Both the position numbers and the translations under genes were made by a program. DNA of 55,212 bases. Source: an uncultured Verrucomicrobiales bacterium. Its GTDB lineage: Bacteria; Verrucomicrobiota; Verrucomicrobiia; Verrucomicrobiales; DEV007. The first letter of the stretch is position 1, and the number at the start of each line of letters is the position of its first letter. The notes under the pieces were generated by a model, which saw only the letters and a program-made list of their open reading frames with translations, did no database searches and had not been told where the DNA came from. Positions 16,810-25,709 of this stretch are shown piece by piece. Location: the NCBI GenBank assembly GCA_938091905.1, contig CALKOM010000085.1, positions 1-55,212 of the forward strand, written 5' to 3'.

Positions 16810-19185
16810 ATGTCTCAATCTCGCATTCTCTATATAGACGCTACTTTCCTCACTCGGATAGGTGGGGATATGAATCGTAGCCAGTTCATTTGGCGTACGC
16901 TTCAAGAATCCTTTGATGCTGATTTGCTTGTCATACGGCGAAAGGACGATTCGGATGATGATATCGAGGCCCACAAAAAAGGGAAACATCGATCCTTGGT
17001 GCTTGAGTCAATAAAGGGGCAGAATGCATTCCTACCTTCGTCGATTGATCATTTTTCAGAAGGTACCATGCGGCAATTCCGTGATCTGCTGGCTGAGAGG
17101 GAATATGACTATATATTTCTCCGATCAGTGGTGCCAGTATTACTGGCATTCGAGTGTGAGAGAGTCTCGCCGCAGACGAAGGTGATTGTGGATTCCGATC
17201 TTGTCTTTTCTCAGTTCACTAGAGGTTATTGGGAAAAGGATCGCTCGATCAAGAATCGCTTTTTTCTGTTTGAGTCTCTCAAGTTCCGTTGGTTTGAACG
17301 GAAGCTGTACCGTCATCCCTACCTCTTTTTACTCGCGAATCCTGAAGACCGGAAATTTTTGGAGAAAGCCTACTGGAGAGGAACCGCGCCTTCTCGTTTC
17401 TCGCTCTTGCCCAATGCTATTGCGTTTAAGGATATGGAAGAAAGCGTTTCTCAAGAGAAAAACATTCTGTTCTTCGGCGCGCTCGATTCTTTTCCTAACA
17501 TCGATGCTTTCACGTTTATCATGGATCAAGTGTATTCATTGATCAAGGCGACTTTAGAGACTTCAGGTGTGAAACTCTTTGTCGCAGGTAGGCGCGAAAC
17601 CCCTATCTACAAGGAACTCATTGCCAAGCATGGCGCTGAGAAGCATGTGCGCATTCTTGGTGGCGTCGATGATATGCTTGCCACGGTGAAGGCCTCTTTG
17701 TTCACCGTATTCCCAGTGCACCAAGCCTCAGGTGCACGCGTGCGAGTCTTAGAAGCTGCAAAGGCTAAGCGTACTGGGGTGACCACGACCCTCGGAGCTG
17801 AGGGTTACGATTTGGGAGATGATTGCTTGCTCATAAGGGATTCGGCCGAAGATTATGCGAAGGGTGTAATCGAACTGATAGAGGACGAAAAGAAGTGCAT
17901 TTCCATGGGGGAGAATCTCTATGAGGCTGCGAAAGGGGACTATGGCGAAGATGTGGTTGCTGCGAATTTGGCCAGTGAAATCACGACCTTCCAACCTGGT
18001 CGAATCAGATTGGCAATTGTGTCGAATCGCTTTGTTCCAGAAGTCGGTGGGGCAGAAACAAATATCTTTTTTCAAGCACGCGATCTAGCCAAGAATGGCT
18101 GTAGTGTCACGGTGTTCACGCCCAAGCGGATTGTTTCTAAAAATCTTGAGTACATTGAAGGTATTCGGGTTAAGCGTCTATGGAATCTCTTCAACCCCTT
18201 CCGCCAATATCCGTCAAATTTGGCGGGCACGTTCTGCCCCTTCCTTCCTTTTTATTTGCTGCGTGATCGATACGACGTGATACAATCTTTTCCAGCGCCG
18301 CACTACAATGCTTTGGCCGCTTTGGGGGCTCAGAAATTATTGGGAAAGAAGTCGGTTCTCGTATCCTTTGATTTCCGAGATTACGCTGCGTTGATCAAGG
18401 AGTCTGTAAAAATTACGGACATGCTTGATGGTTATCAACCGATCTTGAGGGAACGATTGGCTTTGGAGCACAATGATCACGTCTTCGCTATTTCAAACAA
18501 AGAGATCGACTTCATCAAGGGATACACGGATCGGGTGAGTTACTCGCCTGTGCCGGTTCTTGTTGATGAGTATAAGGAGCCAGTCGAGTCACCAAAGGCG
18601 AAATATGATATAGACGATGAAACGTTCATCTTTCTATGCTTGGGGCGTGTTTCTAATGTGAAGGGACAAGACATCGCACTCAAGGCTTTTGACGAAGCAC
18701 TTCCCCAGCTCGATAAAGCTAAGCTCGTTATTGTAGGGCGCCGAGATTTTGAACCAGGTTTCAATAGGGAAATGTCAGATTATGTGAAAGACAACGGTCT
18801 GGAGGACTCTGTGATCTTTACGGACGTAGTGGAACGCGAGGAAGTTTTAGGCTGGTTGAGGCATAGCGACATTCACGTCGTGCCAGTTCGATTCATGAAT
18901 TCCGGTGCGGTGGTGGTAGAATCCTGGGCGAGCAATACGCCAGTCATACAAAGTGATGTGGTGGATCCGAATCTTGTTGTTGATGGTGAAAACGGATTCT
19001 TGTTTAAATCTCTTTCGGTTGAGGATTTGGCCGAGACCATGGTGCGGGCGCAGGAACGTCGTCAGGATTTTGCGAAGTTGGCAGAGGCTGGCAATGAACT
19101 TGTTCAACAGCGTTATTCCTATGAGTATCTCACGTCGCTTTATTTGGCGAAATACCGTGAGATGATCGGAGAGGGGAATGGATAG
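16810..19185 (+). CDS. Tandem two-domain GT4 (GT-B) glycosyltransferase
   Basis: First unit FFGALDSFPN.DA...GARVRVLEA...TTLGAEG; second unit PEVGGAE...LGRVSNVKGQD...VVESWASNTPVI...GENGFL. Confidence 0.9.
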   Translation: MSQSRILYIDATFLTRIGGDMNRSQFIWRTLQESFDADLLVIRRKDDSDDDIEAHKKGKHRSLVLESIKGQNAFLPSSIDHFSEGTMRQFRDLLAEREYDYIFLRSVVPVLLAFECERVSPQTKVIVDSDLVFSQFTRGYWEKDRSIKNRFFLFESLKFRWFERKLYRHPYLFLLANPEDRKFLEKAYWRGTAPSRFSLLPNAIAFKDMEESVSQEKNILFFGALDSFPNIDAFTFIMDQVYSLIKATLETSGVKLFVAGRRETPIYKELIAKHGAEKHVRILGGVDDMLATVKASLFTVFPVHQASGARVRVLEAAKAKRTGVTTTLGAEGYDLGDDCLLIRDSAEDYAKGVIELIEDEKKCISMGENLYEAAKGDYGEDVVAANLASEITTFQPGRIRLAIVSNRFVPEVGGAETNIFFQARDLAKNGCSVTVFTPKRIVSKNLEYIEGIRVKRLWNLFNPFRQYPSNLAGTFCPFLPFYLLRDRYDVIQSFPAPHYNALAALGAQKLLGKKSVLVSFDFRDYAALIKESVKITDMLDGYQPILRERLALEHNDHVFAISNKEIDFIKGYTDRVSYSPVPVLVDEYKEPVESPKAKYDIDDETFIFLCLGRVSNVKGQDIALKAFDEALPQLDKAKLVIVGRRDFEPGFNREMSDYVKDNGLEDSVIFTDVVEREEVLGWLRHSDIHVVPVRFMNSGAVVVESWASNTPVIQSDVVDPNLVVDGENGFLFKSLSVEDLAETMVRAQERRQDFAKLAEAGNELVQQRYSYEYLTSLYLAKYREMIGEGNG

Positions 19186-19187
19186 TT

Positions 19188-20678
19188 ATGACTGACTGGC
19201 TTGAGTATGTAAAGATTGCTATCGGTTTAGTCTCCTACCTTATGGTGGCTCCGGTACTGGGGTTCTTGATCAAGGACTTTCGTCCAGGGCAGATTGCTGT
19301 TTTTTTTGCGATGATTGCTGGGACCGCCTTTCACGCAGATCAGATCACGCTGACCGTATTTTCGGTAAATCATACGGGGCATACCCGAGGTTTTGAGATT
19401 TCCCTTATGGTTTTTGCGGCGATCACATTACTCGCGGCGACGTTCTTTGGGCGTCGTAGAGACCTGCCGTTGATGCCTCCGGGCTTTTTCTTTTATGGCG
19501 CTTTCTGTTTGGCGGGTGCTTTTACATTAGTGCTGACGCTGCCAATTCCATGGCCTGGTGCTCTGGTCGATTTAGAGGGTGATGGAGATTGGATTAGTGC
19601 GCGGAATATTTGGGAAGCTATCCTGAAGTTCAGCCTGCTTTCTCTCGTCTATCTGGCTACTCATGCGTTTATTCGTTCAAAACAGGACATTCTATGGTTT
19701 GCTCGTAGCCTAGCGGTGGCATTAATCATTGCGGGAACCTATGCTTTGTTTGATCGCTATGTAGCAGGAGCACATCGAGTCCGAGCGACGTTTGATCATT
19801 CTAACGCCTTTGGAATTTGGGCATACATGGGCGCGATTCCTTGCCTTGTCTTGTCGTTTCACCGTAAAATACCTCTTTTAACGGCACTCTTGCTATTTGG
19901 TGGCTATTGTTTCGGTGCTGTTTCTGCTATTCTTACGGTGTCACGTGGATCATTGATGATTGTTGCTGTTTTGTCAGTCGTAGTCGCATTACTGAGCATC
20001 GCTCGAAAGCGCACGCGGCGAAGTTATTTTATGGGTTTGCTCTTTTTGATGGCTGGCGGCTACGGAACCTATGCTAGCATAGATACGATTTCTGAGAGGG
20101 TTAGCGTTATGCAGAATGCTGCCTCTGTAGATAAGGAGATTGATACGGAAGACCTGCGTGTAATACTGGCACGTCAAGCATCTTTCATGCTTCGTGATAG
20201 CGTGTTTGGTGTCGGTTGGAATAACTATCAGATTGCCTGCAGTTTGCCCGTGACCCGGTATGTTGAAGTGTTGATCGAGCATGAGGCTGCCGATGGTGAT
20301 AACCATTCTGAGGAGATTTTTTATCGAGCTCCCGTTGTAGAAAGTTTGTATTGGTATTTGTTGGCTGAAACTGGCTACCTTGGCTTTGCCTGTTTCCTCT
20401 TCTTCATACTCACCACCTTGTGGCTGACGCTGAAGCATTGCTACCGCTACCGAAACACGTGGGTTGGAGATTTTTTAGTAGCGATTTTATTAGTGCTAAC
20501 TGCTTTGTACGTGCATAGTTTTATCGAGAAAGTGCTACTCCAAACGAAGAATGCGGTGCTTTGGTTGGCCATGCTCGCAGTGGCTTCCAAGCTGGAAACG
20601 ATTCGTCGGCAGAAACGGCGAGAACCTATCCACGGTAGGGAAACGTCGGGGACCCTGGCGTCTCCAGAGTCTTCTTAA
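19188..20678 (+). CDS. O-antigen ligase / Wzy-like polysaccharide polymerase
   Basis: About 12 TM segments; RVRATFDHSNAFG, TVSRGS, FGVGWNNY, LAETGYLG. Confidence 0.82.
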   Translation: MTDWLEYVKIAIGLVSYLMVAPVLGFLIKDFRPGQIAVFFAMIAGTAFHADQITLTVFSVNHTGHTRGFEISLMVFAAITLLAATFFGRRRDLPLMPPGFFFYGAFCLAGAFTLVLTLPIPWPGALVDLEGDGDWISARNIWEAILKFSLLSLVYLATHAFIRSKQDILWFARSLAVALIIAGTYALFDRYVAGAHRVRATFDHSNAFGIWAYMGAIPCLVLSFHRKIPLLTALLLFGGYCFGAVSAILTVSRGSLMIVAVLSVVVALLSIARKRTRRSYFMGLLFLMAGGYGTYASIDTISERVSVMQNAASVDKEIDTEDLRVILARQASFMLRDSVFGVGWNNYQIACSLPVTRYVEVLIEHEAADGDNHSEEIFYRAPVVESLYWYLLAETGYLGFACFLFFILTTLWLTLKHCYRYRNTWVGDFLVAILLVLTALYVHSFIEKVLLQTKNAVLWLAMLAVASKLETIRRQKRREPIHGRETSGTLASPESS

Positions 20679-21495
20679 ACAGATGGCCGGATTGTGGGAA
20701 GGTTGCTTGCTGGCTCTTTGTTAAATCTACCTGGGCGGAGGTGATGTAGAGATCGATTAGTTCGGGACCTCCGAAGCAGCAAGCGCTGGTTTGATAGGCA
20801 AGAGTGGGTATTCTGGCCAGCTGTTCACCGCTGGCAGGGCATCGTTTGCTAATGCAACCTCCGGCCCAGTGTGCGATCCACAGGTAGCCTTCACTATCGC
20901 GTGTCATCCCATCTGGGAATCCATCCTCTTCGTCGAATGTGACGAGATTGCGTCGGTTGGTGATGCTTCCGTTTGAAGAGTCGAAATCGAAAGTATCCAG
21001 GCGACGTGTCGGAGAATCGATGTAGTACATTGTCTTACCATCGGGCGACCATGTCATGCCGTTCGAGACTCCGATGTTCTCGATCCATGCCTTTACCTTG
21101 CCATCTAGATCCATGGAATAGAGGATACCAAGATTCTCTTTCTCCTCAATATCCATGGAGCCAAACCAGAACCGACCTTGAGGATCGCATTTGCCATCAT
21201 TGAATCGAGTACGTGGATTTGCGTCAATGATCGGGAGTCGGTCGAGCTCCCCGTTCTCTGGATCAAAGAACGCGAGCCCGCTTTGTAGCGCGAGTAGTAG
21301 GCCTCCTGACGCGCGTGGCGCTACTGTCCCAACCATTTCCGGCAACTGCCAATAACGAGTAAGCTTGCCTGAAGGATCGTGGCGATGCAGTCGCTTGCCC
21401 AGGATATCGACCCAATAGAGAACACCCTCGTCCTCATGCCAACAAGGTCCCTCGCCAAGGTTCGCCGGTGTTTCAGTGAGACGAATCGGGTCCAT
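20626..21495 (-). CDS. SMP-30/gluconolactonase/LRE family protein
   Basis: LGEGPCW, LYWVDI, RFNDGKCDPQGRFW.GSM, SNG..WSPD, PDGM..D.EG.LW, CFGG. Confidence 0.93.
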   Translation of the reverse strand: MDPIRLTETPANLGEGPCWHEDEGVLYWVDILGKRLHRHDPSGKLTRYWQLPEMVGTVAPRASGGLLLALQSGLAFFDPENGELDRLPIIDANPRTRFNDGKCDPQGRFWFGSMDIEEKENLGILYSMDLDGKVKAWIENIGVSNGMTWSPDGKTMYYIDSPTRRLDTFDFDSSNGSITNRRNLVTFDEEDGFPDGMTRDSEGYLWIAHWAGGCISKRCPASGEQLARIPTLAYQTSACCFGGPELIDLYITSAQVDLTKSQQATFPQSGHLFKKTLETPGSPTFPYRG

Positions 21496-21900
21496 TTATG
21501 GTAAGTGGATGGCGAGCCCTTGCGCGCGGGGGCTCATTTTTAACTGGCGTGAAGGAGGCCCTGGAGAGAATGCGCCTCCTTCTCCAAGATAGGCTTCTGG
21601 TAGGGCAGCCCGATCGTAGGCGGCTAGCCGGGGGACAATGATGGCGTTTGCCCCCATGCCGGCGGCTTGTTCCTTCATCTTCTTCACGACGTGTTTCCAA
21701 TTGCCACTCAGAGGGCGGTTTGCTGAAACCGGACCGACTTCTCGAGACATGGCTGGAGCGTGTGTGAAGACCGTGGTGCTTTCCGGTGGTGTGGACGTAC
21801 GCCACTGGTTAGGATTTCGGACGTAGTCAGAGGGAAGAGATTGGCACTGGCATAGCCATGTGAGAGCAATGGCCGTGAGTAGAGACGCGCAGCGGTGCAT
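21496..21900 (-). CDS. Hypothetical lipoprotein
   Basis: N-terminal hydrophobic stretch ending in Cys (WLCQC); KMKEQAAGMGANAIIV; abuts the downstream gene. Confidence 0.65.
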   Translation of the reverse strand: MHRCASLLTAIALTWLCQCQSLPSDYVRNPNQWRTSTPPESTTVFTHAPAMSREVGPVSANRPLSGNWKHVVKKMKEQAAGMGANAIIVPRLAAYDRAALPEAYLGEGGAFSPGPPSRQLKMSPRAQGLAIHLP

Positions 21901-21940
21901 ACATGGAACCCTCTCAATTCAGCGGGATTGTATCAAGGTC

Positions 21941-23020
21941 TTAGTGTTCGTTGATGGGGACACCCATGAGACCTTTCCACAATTGGAGGCAGCGGTCAGA
22001 CTCGTGTTCCCAACCAGGTCGTTTTGTATTGTAGAGAAGGCCAGGAAGTGCTCGATACACGGATTCGATAGGATAACGCCATCCGTATTCACCTAACCGA
22101 TAGGCCTTGTAGAGATTTCGGGTCCACTTCGAGGGGACATGTTCCTCGGGTTCACGAAGGCCCTTCCACTTTGCATAGGCTTGGTGATCCGCCCAGCTAC
22201 GTTTGAAACGGCGCTGCTCAATGTAGAGAAAGACTCGCGATGTGAGCACGCCCATTTCGAGTATGTCGAATGGCTTAGTGACTTCGTGAGGCGAGAATTT
22301 GAAATGTAGCGCGTCGTCGTAGAATGGGACGATATCTAGCTCTGAAATATCGGCAAACTTATGGGAAAGTTCCTTAAACCGTTTGTCCCGACCTCTGTAG
22401 GACGTGGCATAGGAGTCGTGGGAGATGAGAAGAGCATCGCCCAGAGCGAGCGCGCATTTCCAGTAGTTGCGCTTGATAAAGTCAGCGTCCTCTTTGTTTT
22501 CCAGTCCGCGATCGATTCGCATCGCCCAGAGTAGCCCAGCACCTCGATTGATAAGGAGCCTACAGGCTTCGATTGGGGCTAAGGTTCCGGCGACAGATTT
22601 GGGAACGTGCTTGTGAAGCAGTTGGGGATCGCCGGACGATACAATGTGGCCATTTAGGAAATCATGCCACATGAGCCACGCAGGCCATTTCTGAAGATCC
22701 TGCACGGTCATCGGCTGAGTGAAGTCGACATGCAGTGGCGTTAACGTTTCGTGATGGGTTTTGATGCGTGCGATCGTAGCTTGATCCACATCGCCGGGAT
22801 GTTGCACAACGAGCAGGAAGTCGAGGTCATTATACGGCTGCTCAACGCCAGCTTCGTTGATGACAGCTCCCTCACCGCGCCCATAACCGCCACCAAGAAC
22901 AAGCCCTAACAAATTGTCTCCAAGAGCTTCCTCGACATCTTTTGCTACAGCCTGAACGGTGTCGTGGAATCGCGCATTGAACTCTTCCGAGCCATGATAA
23001 GCGTAAGAAGGGACAGTCAT
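21941..23020 (-). CDS. Pol-beta-like nucleotidyltransferase-fold protein
   Basis: LVLGGGYGRGEG...YNDLDFLLV; start ATG 23020 overlaps the upstream stop (ATGA). Confidence 0.75.
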   Translation of the reverse strand: MTVPSYAYHGSEEFNARFHDTVQAVAKDVEEALGDNLLGLVLGGGYGRGEGAVINEAGVEQPYNDLDFLLVVQHPGDVDQATIARIKTHHETLTPLHVDFTQPMTVQDLQKWPAWLMWHDFLNGHIVSSGDPQLLHKHVPKSVAGTLAPIEACRLLINRGAGLLWAMRIDRGLENKEDADFIKRNYWKCALALGDALLISHDSYATSYRGRDKRFKELSHKFADISELDIVPFYDDALHFKFSPHEVTKPFDILEMGVLTSRVFLYIEQRRFKRSWADHQAYAKWKGLREPEEHVPSKWTRNLYKAYRLGEYGWRYPIESVYRALPGLLYNTKRPGWEHESDRCLQLWKGLMGVPINEH

Positions 23021-23898
23021 GGTGTCACCCCCGACGCTAGGCCCGAGCGAAAACCGTTCCATCTACCTAACAGTTGTGCGGCGCGGAAGTAAGGAGAGCT
23101 CGGAAGGGATAGGATCTTGCCATTTTTTAGAAGGTAGCGGGTGTCACTGAGGCATTGTCGGCCGAAGGGCAGAACAGAATAGCGCCACCAACTTTTTTCC
23201 CAAGGCGTCCATGTGAAGATTTGGGCATCTGCTTTGCCTTCACCAAACTGACGTTTGTAGAACTGCTTCCATGAGTAGTTGTGAGAGTGCATGACGACGC
23301 CCTCTGCAGCATACTTGACTTTAGATCCTTTCTGCCGGGCTCGCCATGTCCAGTCGATGTCTTCAGAATATTGAATATCTGTGCGGAATGGCAGGTCGTT
23401 CCAGACAGAACGCCGAACGGCGGAGAAGGCCATAGAGAAGCAGTGCTTCCAGTATTTCTGGCGGGAACCGTCTCCATAGGTGTCTTCCGTATCCTTCTTG
23501 TAAAGGGGCCAACAGTCCGGTTGCGCGACCTGACGGCCGAAGGCGGCAGCGATCTCGGTATCATTCTCGATAGCATTCACTAACGAGCTCACCGCGTGAG
23601 AAGATTGAGGTACGCAATCTGAGTTGATAAACACGACGATCTCGTTCTCGGTCGCTTCCATAGCTTCGTTGAGGACGCGTCCAGGGACGTAAGTGCCGGC
23701 GGGAACGTGATGGATATGCGCACCATGTTTCTCTAGCAGTTCGCGGGTGCCATCGGTGGAGGCATTGTCGAACGCTGTTAGGCTGATCTTAGCATCTTGC
23801 TTGGCGAGTTCATTCAGTGTCTGCTCGACCAAAGGAAGGTCATTGTGAGAACGAATGACGACATCAACAGGGGTGGTGGGGCTAGCTGAATCGGGCAA
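23017..23898 (-). CDS. Family 2 glycosyltransferase (rhamnosyltransferase-like)
   Basis: VVIRSHN, DNASTDGT, VFINSD, AAFGRQ, SEDIDW, HSHNY. Confidence 0.92.
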   Translation of the reverse strand: MPDSASPTTPVDVVIRSHNDLPLVEQTLNELAKQDAKISLTAFDNASTDGTRELLEKHGAHIHHVPAGTYVPGRVLNEAMEATENEIVVFINSDCVPQSSHAVSSLVNAIENDTEIAAAFGRQVAQPDCWPLYKKDTEDTYGDGSRQKYWKHCFSMAFSAVRRSVWNDLPFRTDIQYSEDIDWTWRARQKGSKVKYAAEGVVMHSHNYSWKQFYKRQFGEGKADAQIFTWTPWEKSWWRYSVLPFGRQCLSDTRYLLKNGKILSLPSSPYFRAAQLLGRWNGFRSGLASGVTP

Positions 23899-24041
23899 GG
23901 TTTGGGCTGGGATCGTTAAGGAGAAAAGGTCGGTGCAAAGTGTGCAATCAGCAATTCATTTCCCGGATGCTTTCGTCGATCAGTGCAGATATGAGAGCTG
24001 ACTTGCGCGAATGAGATCCTCGGCGATGTAATAGCTAGGCA

Positions 24042-24617
24042 ATGCTTGATATTCTCATCCTTAAATGGAACCCTCGGATCGGTGATCCGACGGTTATGGG
24101 CTGGGTGACCGTAGGCGCTTATTTCCTAGCGGCCTTGTTGCTGTGGATACAGTGGCGCCAAGCTCCAATGTTATACCAGGAGCACTTGCGGACTCATCGA
24201 CTTCTCTTGCTGTTCTTTGCTGTTTCGATGTTTGCTTTGGGGATCAACAAGCAGCTCGATGTCCAGACATGGCTGACAAATGTCGGGCGGAATATTTCCA
24301 AGGCGCAAGGTTGGTGGGACAATCGGCGGGTGGCTCAGGCGATTGTGCTTGCGGGGATCATCGCTGGTGGTTGTGGGTTGATGCTCGCGATCCTGCGTGC
24401 GGGCGGAGTGCTCAAGGCGCATCGCTTGGCGATGTTCGGTTTCCTTGTGCTGGTTCTCTTTGTGATCACGCGAGCTTCTTCCTTTTTTCAGATGGATCGA
24501 CTGATCAATTTCCGTATTATGGGCTTCCGCATGAATTGGCTCTTCGAGTTGATTGGAATCGGAATCATTGGAGCTTCAGCGATACGTGCCTTGGTTAGGC
24601 GTCCCGCAAGCGATTGA
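24042..24617 (+). CDS. Hypothetical integral membrane protein
   Basis: About 5 TM helices; W.PRIGDPTVMGW.TV.AY, LGINKQLD, ITRASSF. Confidence 0.75.
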   Translation: MLDILILKWNPRIGDPTVMGWVTVGAYFLAALLLWIQWRQAPMLYQEHLRTHRLLLLFFAVSMFALGINKQLDVQTWLTNVGRNISKAQGWWDNRRVAQAIVLAGIIAGGCGLMLAILRAGGVLKAHRLAMFGFLVLVLFVITRASSFFQMDRLINFRIMGFRMNWLFELIGIGIIGASAIRALVRRPASD

Positions 24618-25680
24618 TGTAGATAAACATCAACATGGCACTCCCGAGAAGGTCGGGCGCTGCTGAGGTGACGGCGATGTGAAAGGTAGGCACGCCTGTT
24701 GCCAAGGCAACAAACGAAGACCCAAAGATAATTGCACACCCTAACGTGAAGATGGCAAGTGGTGAGATAGGTTGACGCTTTGCGTTGCAGTGCTTCGCCA
24801 CTAGATCGAAGAAGTAGTAGCATGTGTAGGCAAATACGATGATTACGAAGATGGAGGCACCTTCACCACCAGTAGCGAGATGATCGTAGAGGCCATGAAT
24901 GAAGATGACGCCGAGATAAGTAGCAATGAGTCGGTCCCACTCTTTCTTGGGAGTGTAAAGAAAGCGGCAAAACGCATACCCCAGTGTGCCGGTTAGGGCG
25001 ATGTGGAGAAAGTTTGCCGTGACACATCGGCTCAGGGTGCTGGCACCCAGATAGATCGTGTTCTCTTGGGCTGCGAATCCGAGGCCGATGCAACTGGCCG
25101 TGAAAAGAATGAGTGCAGGATTGCGAGTCCGATAGAGAAGCGGGGTGAGAGGTAGGAAGAAGATCAGCTTGATCGTTTCCTCTCGGAAGCCGACACTAGC
25201 AATGTAAAACCACAAGTTCTGAATCCGATCTATTCCGGGCGAGAATCCCTGAATGTCTGTGTGCCATATCGCCGAAACCAACGTAACGGCTGTGCTTAAA
25301 AACCCTAGAAGTATTGCCACAGTGCCGAAGACAAAGGTGCGGAGGCTAAAGGTGTTGAAGGTAATCTTTGCTAATATGGTGAACCACAAAGCCGTGAGTA
25401 GGAAGGTAAGGCTCCATATGACAGGATGCCCCCCGCCAATTTTGAAGAAGTGGAGACCATGAAAAACCTCGCCCCAGCTCTTATCAACAAGCCCCTGCTC
25501 GATCAGATGGCCAGCGTTGCCCAGCTGGGCTTTATGGTCGGGGAACAATTCCGGAAGGGTGCCTACCGAGAAGTAGGCGACGATAGTGAAGACCACACAT
25601 ATGGCGATAAACAGTCGAAAGAGAAGACGTGTGTCTCTACTGTAGCTCTGAAGTTGAACGGAAGAGGGAAGTTTAGCCAA
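24595..25680 (-). CDS. PrsW-family intramembrane metalloprotease
   Basis: GFREETIK (EExxK), GLGFAAQEN (FxxxEN), H, HGLYD (HxxxD); multi-TM. Confidence 0.85.
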   Translation of the reverse strand: MAKLPSSVQLQSYSRDTRLLFRLFIAICVVFTIVAYFSVGTLPELFPDHKAQLGNAGHLIEQGLVDKSWGEVFHGLHFFKIGGGHPVIWSLTFLLTALWFTILAKITFNTFSLRTFVFGTVAILLGFLSTAVTLVSAIWHTDIQGFSPGIDRIQNLWFYIASVGFREETIKLIFFLPLTPLLYRTRNPALILFTASCIGLGFAAQENTIYLGASTLSRCVTANFLHIALTGTLGYAFCRFLYTPKKEWDRLIATYLGVIFIHGLYDHLATGGEGASIFVIIVFAYTCYYFFDLVAKHCNAKRQPISPLAIFTLGCAIIFGSSFVALATGVPTFHIAVTSAAPDLLGSAMLMFIYINRLRDA

Positions 25681-25709
25681 GGTAGGTTAGAAATAACACC
25701 GATTCCTGA

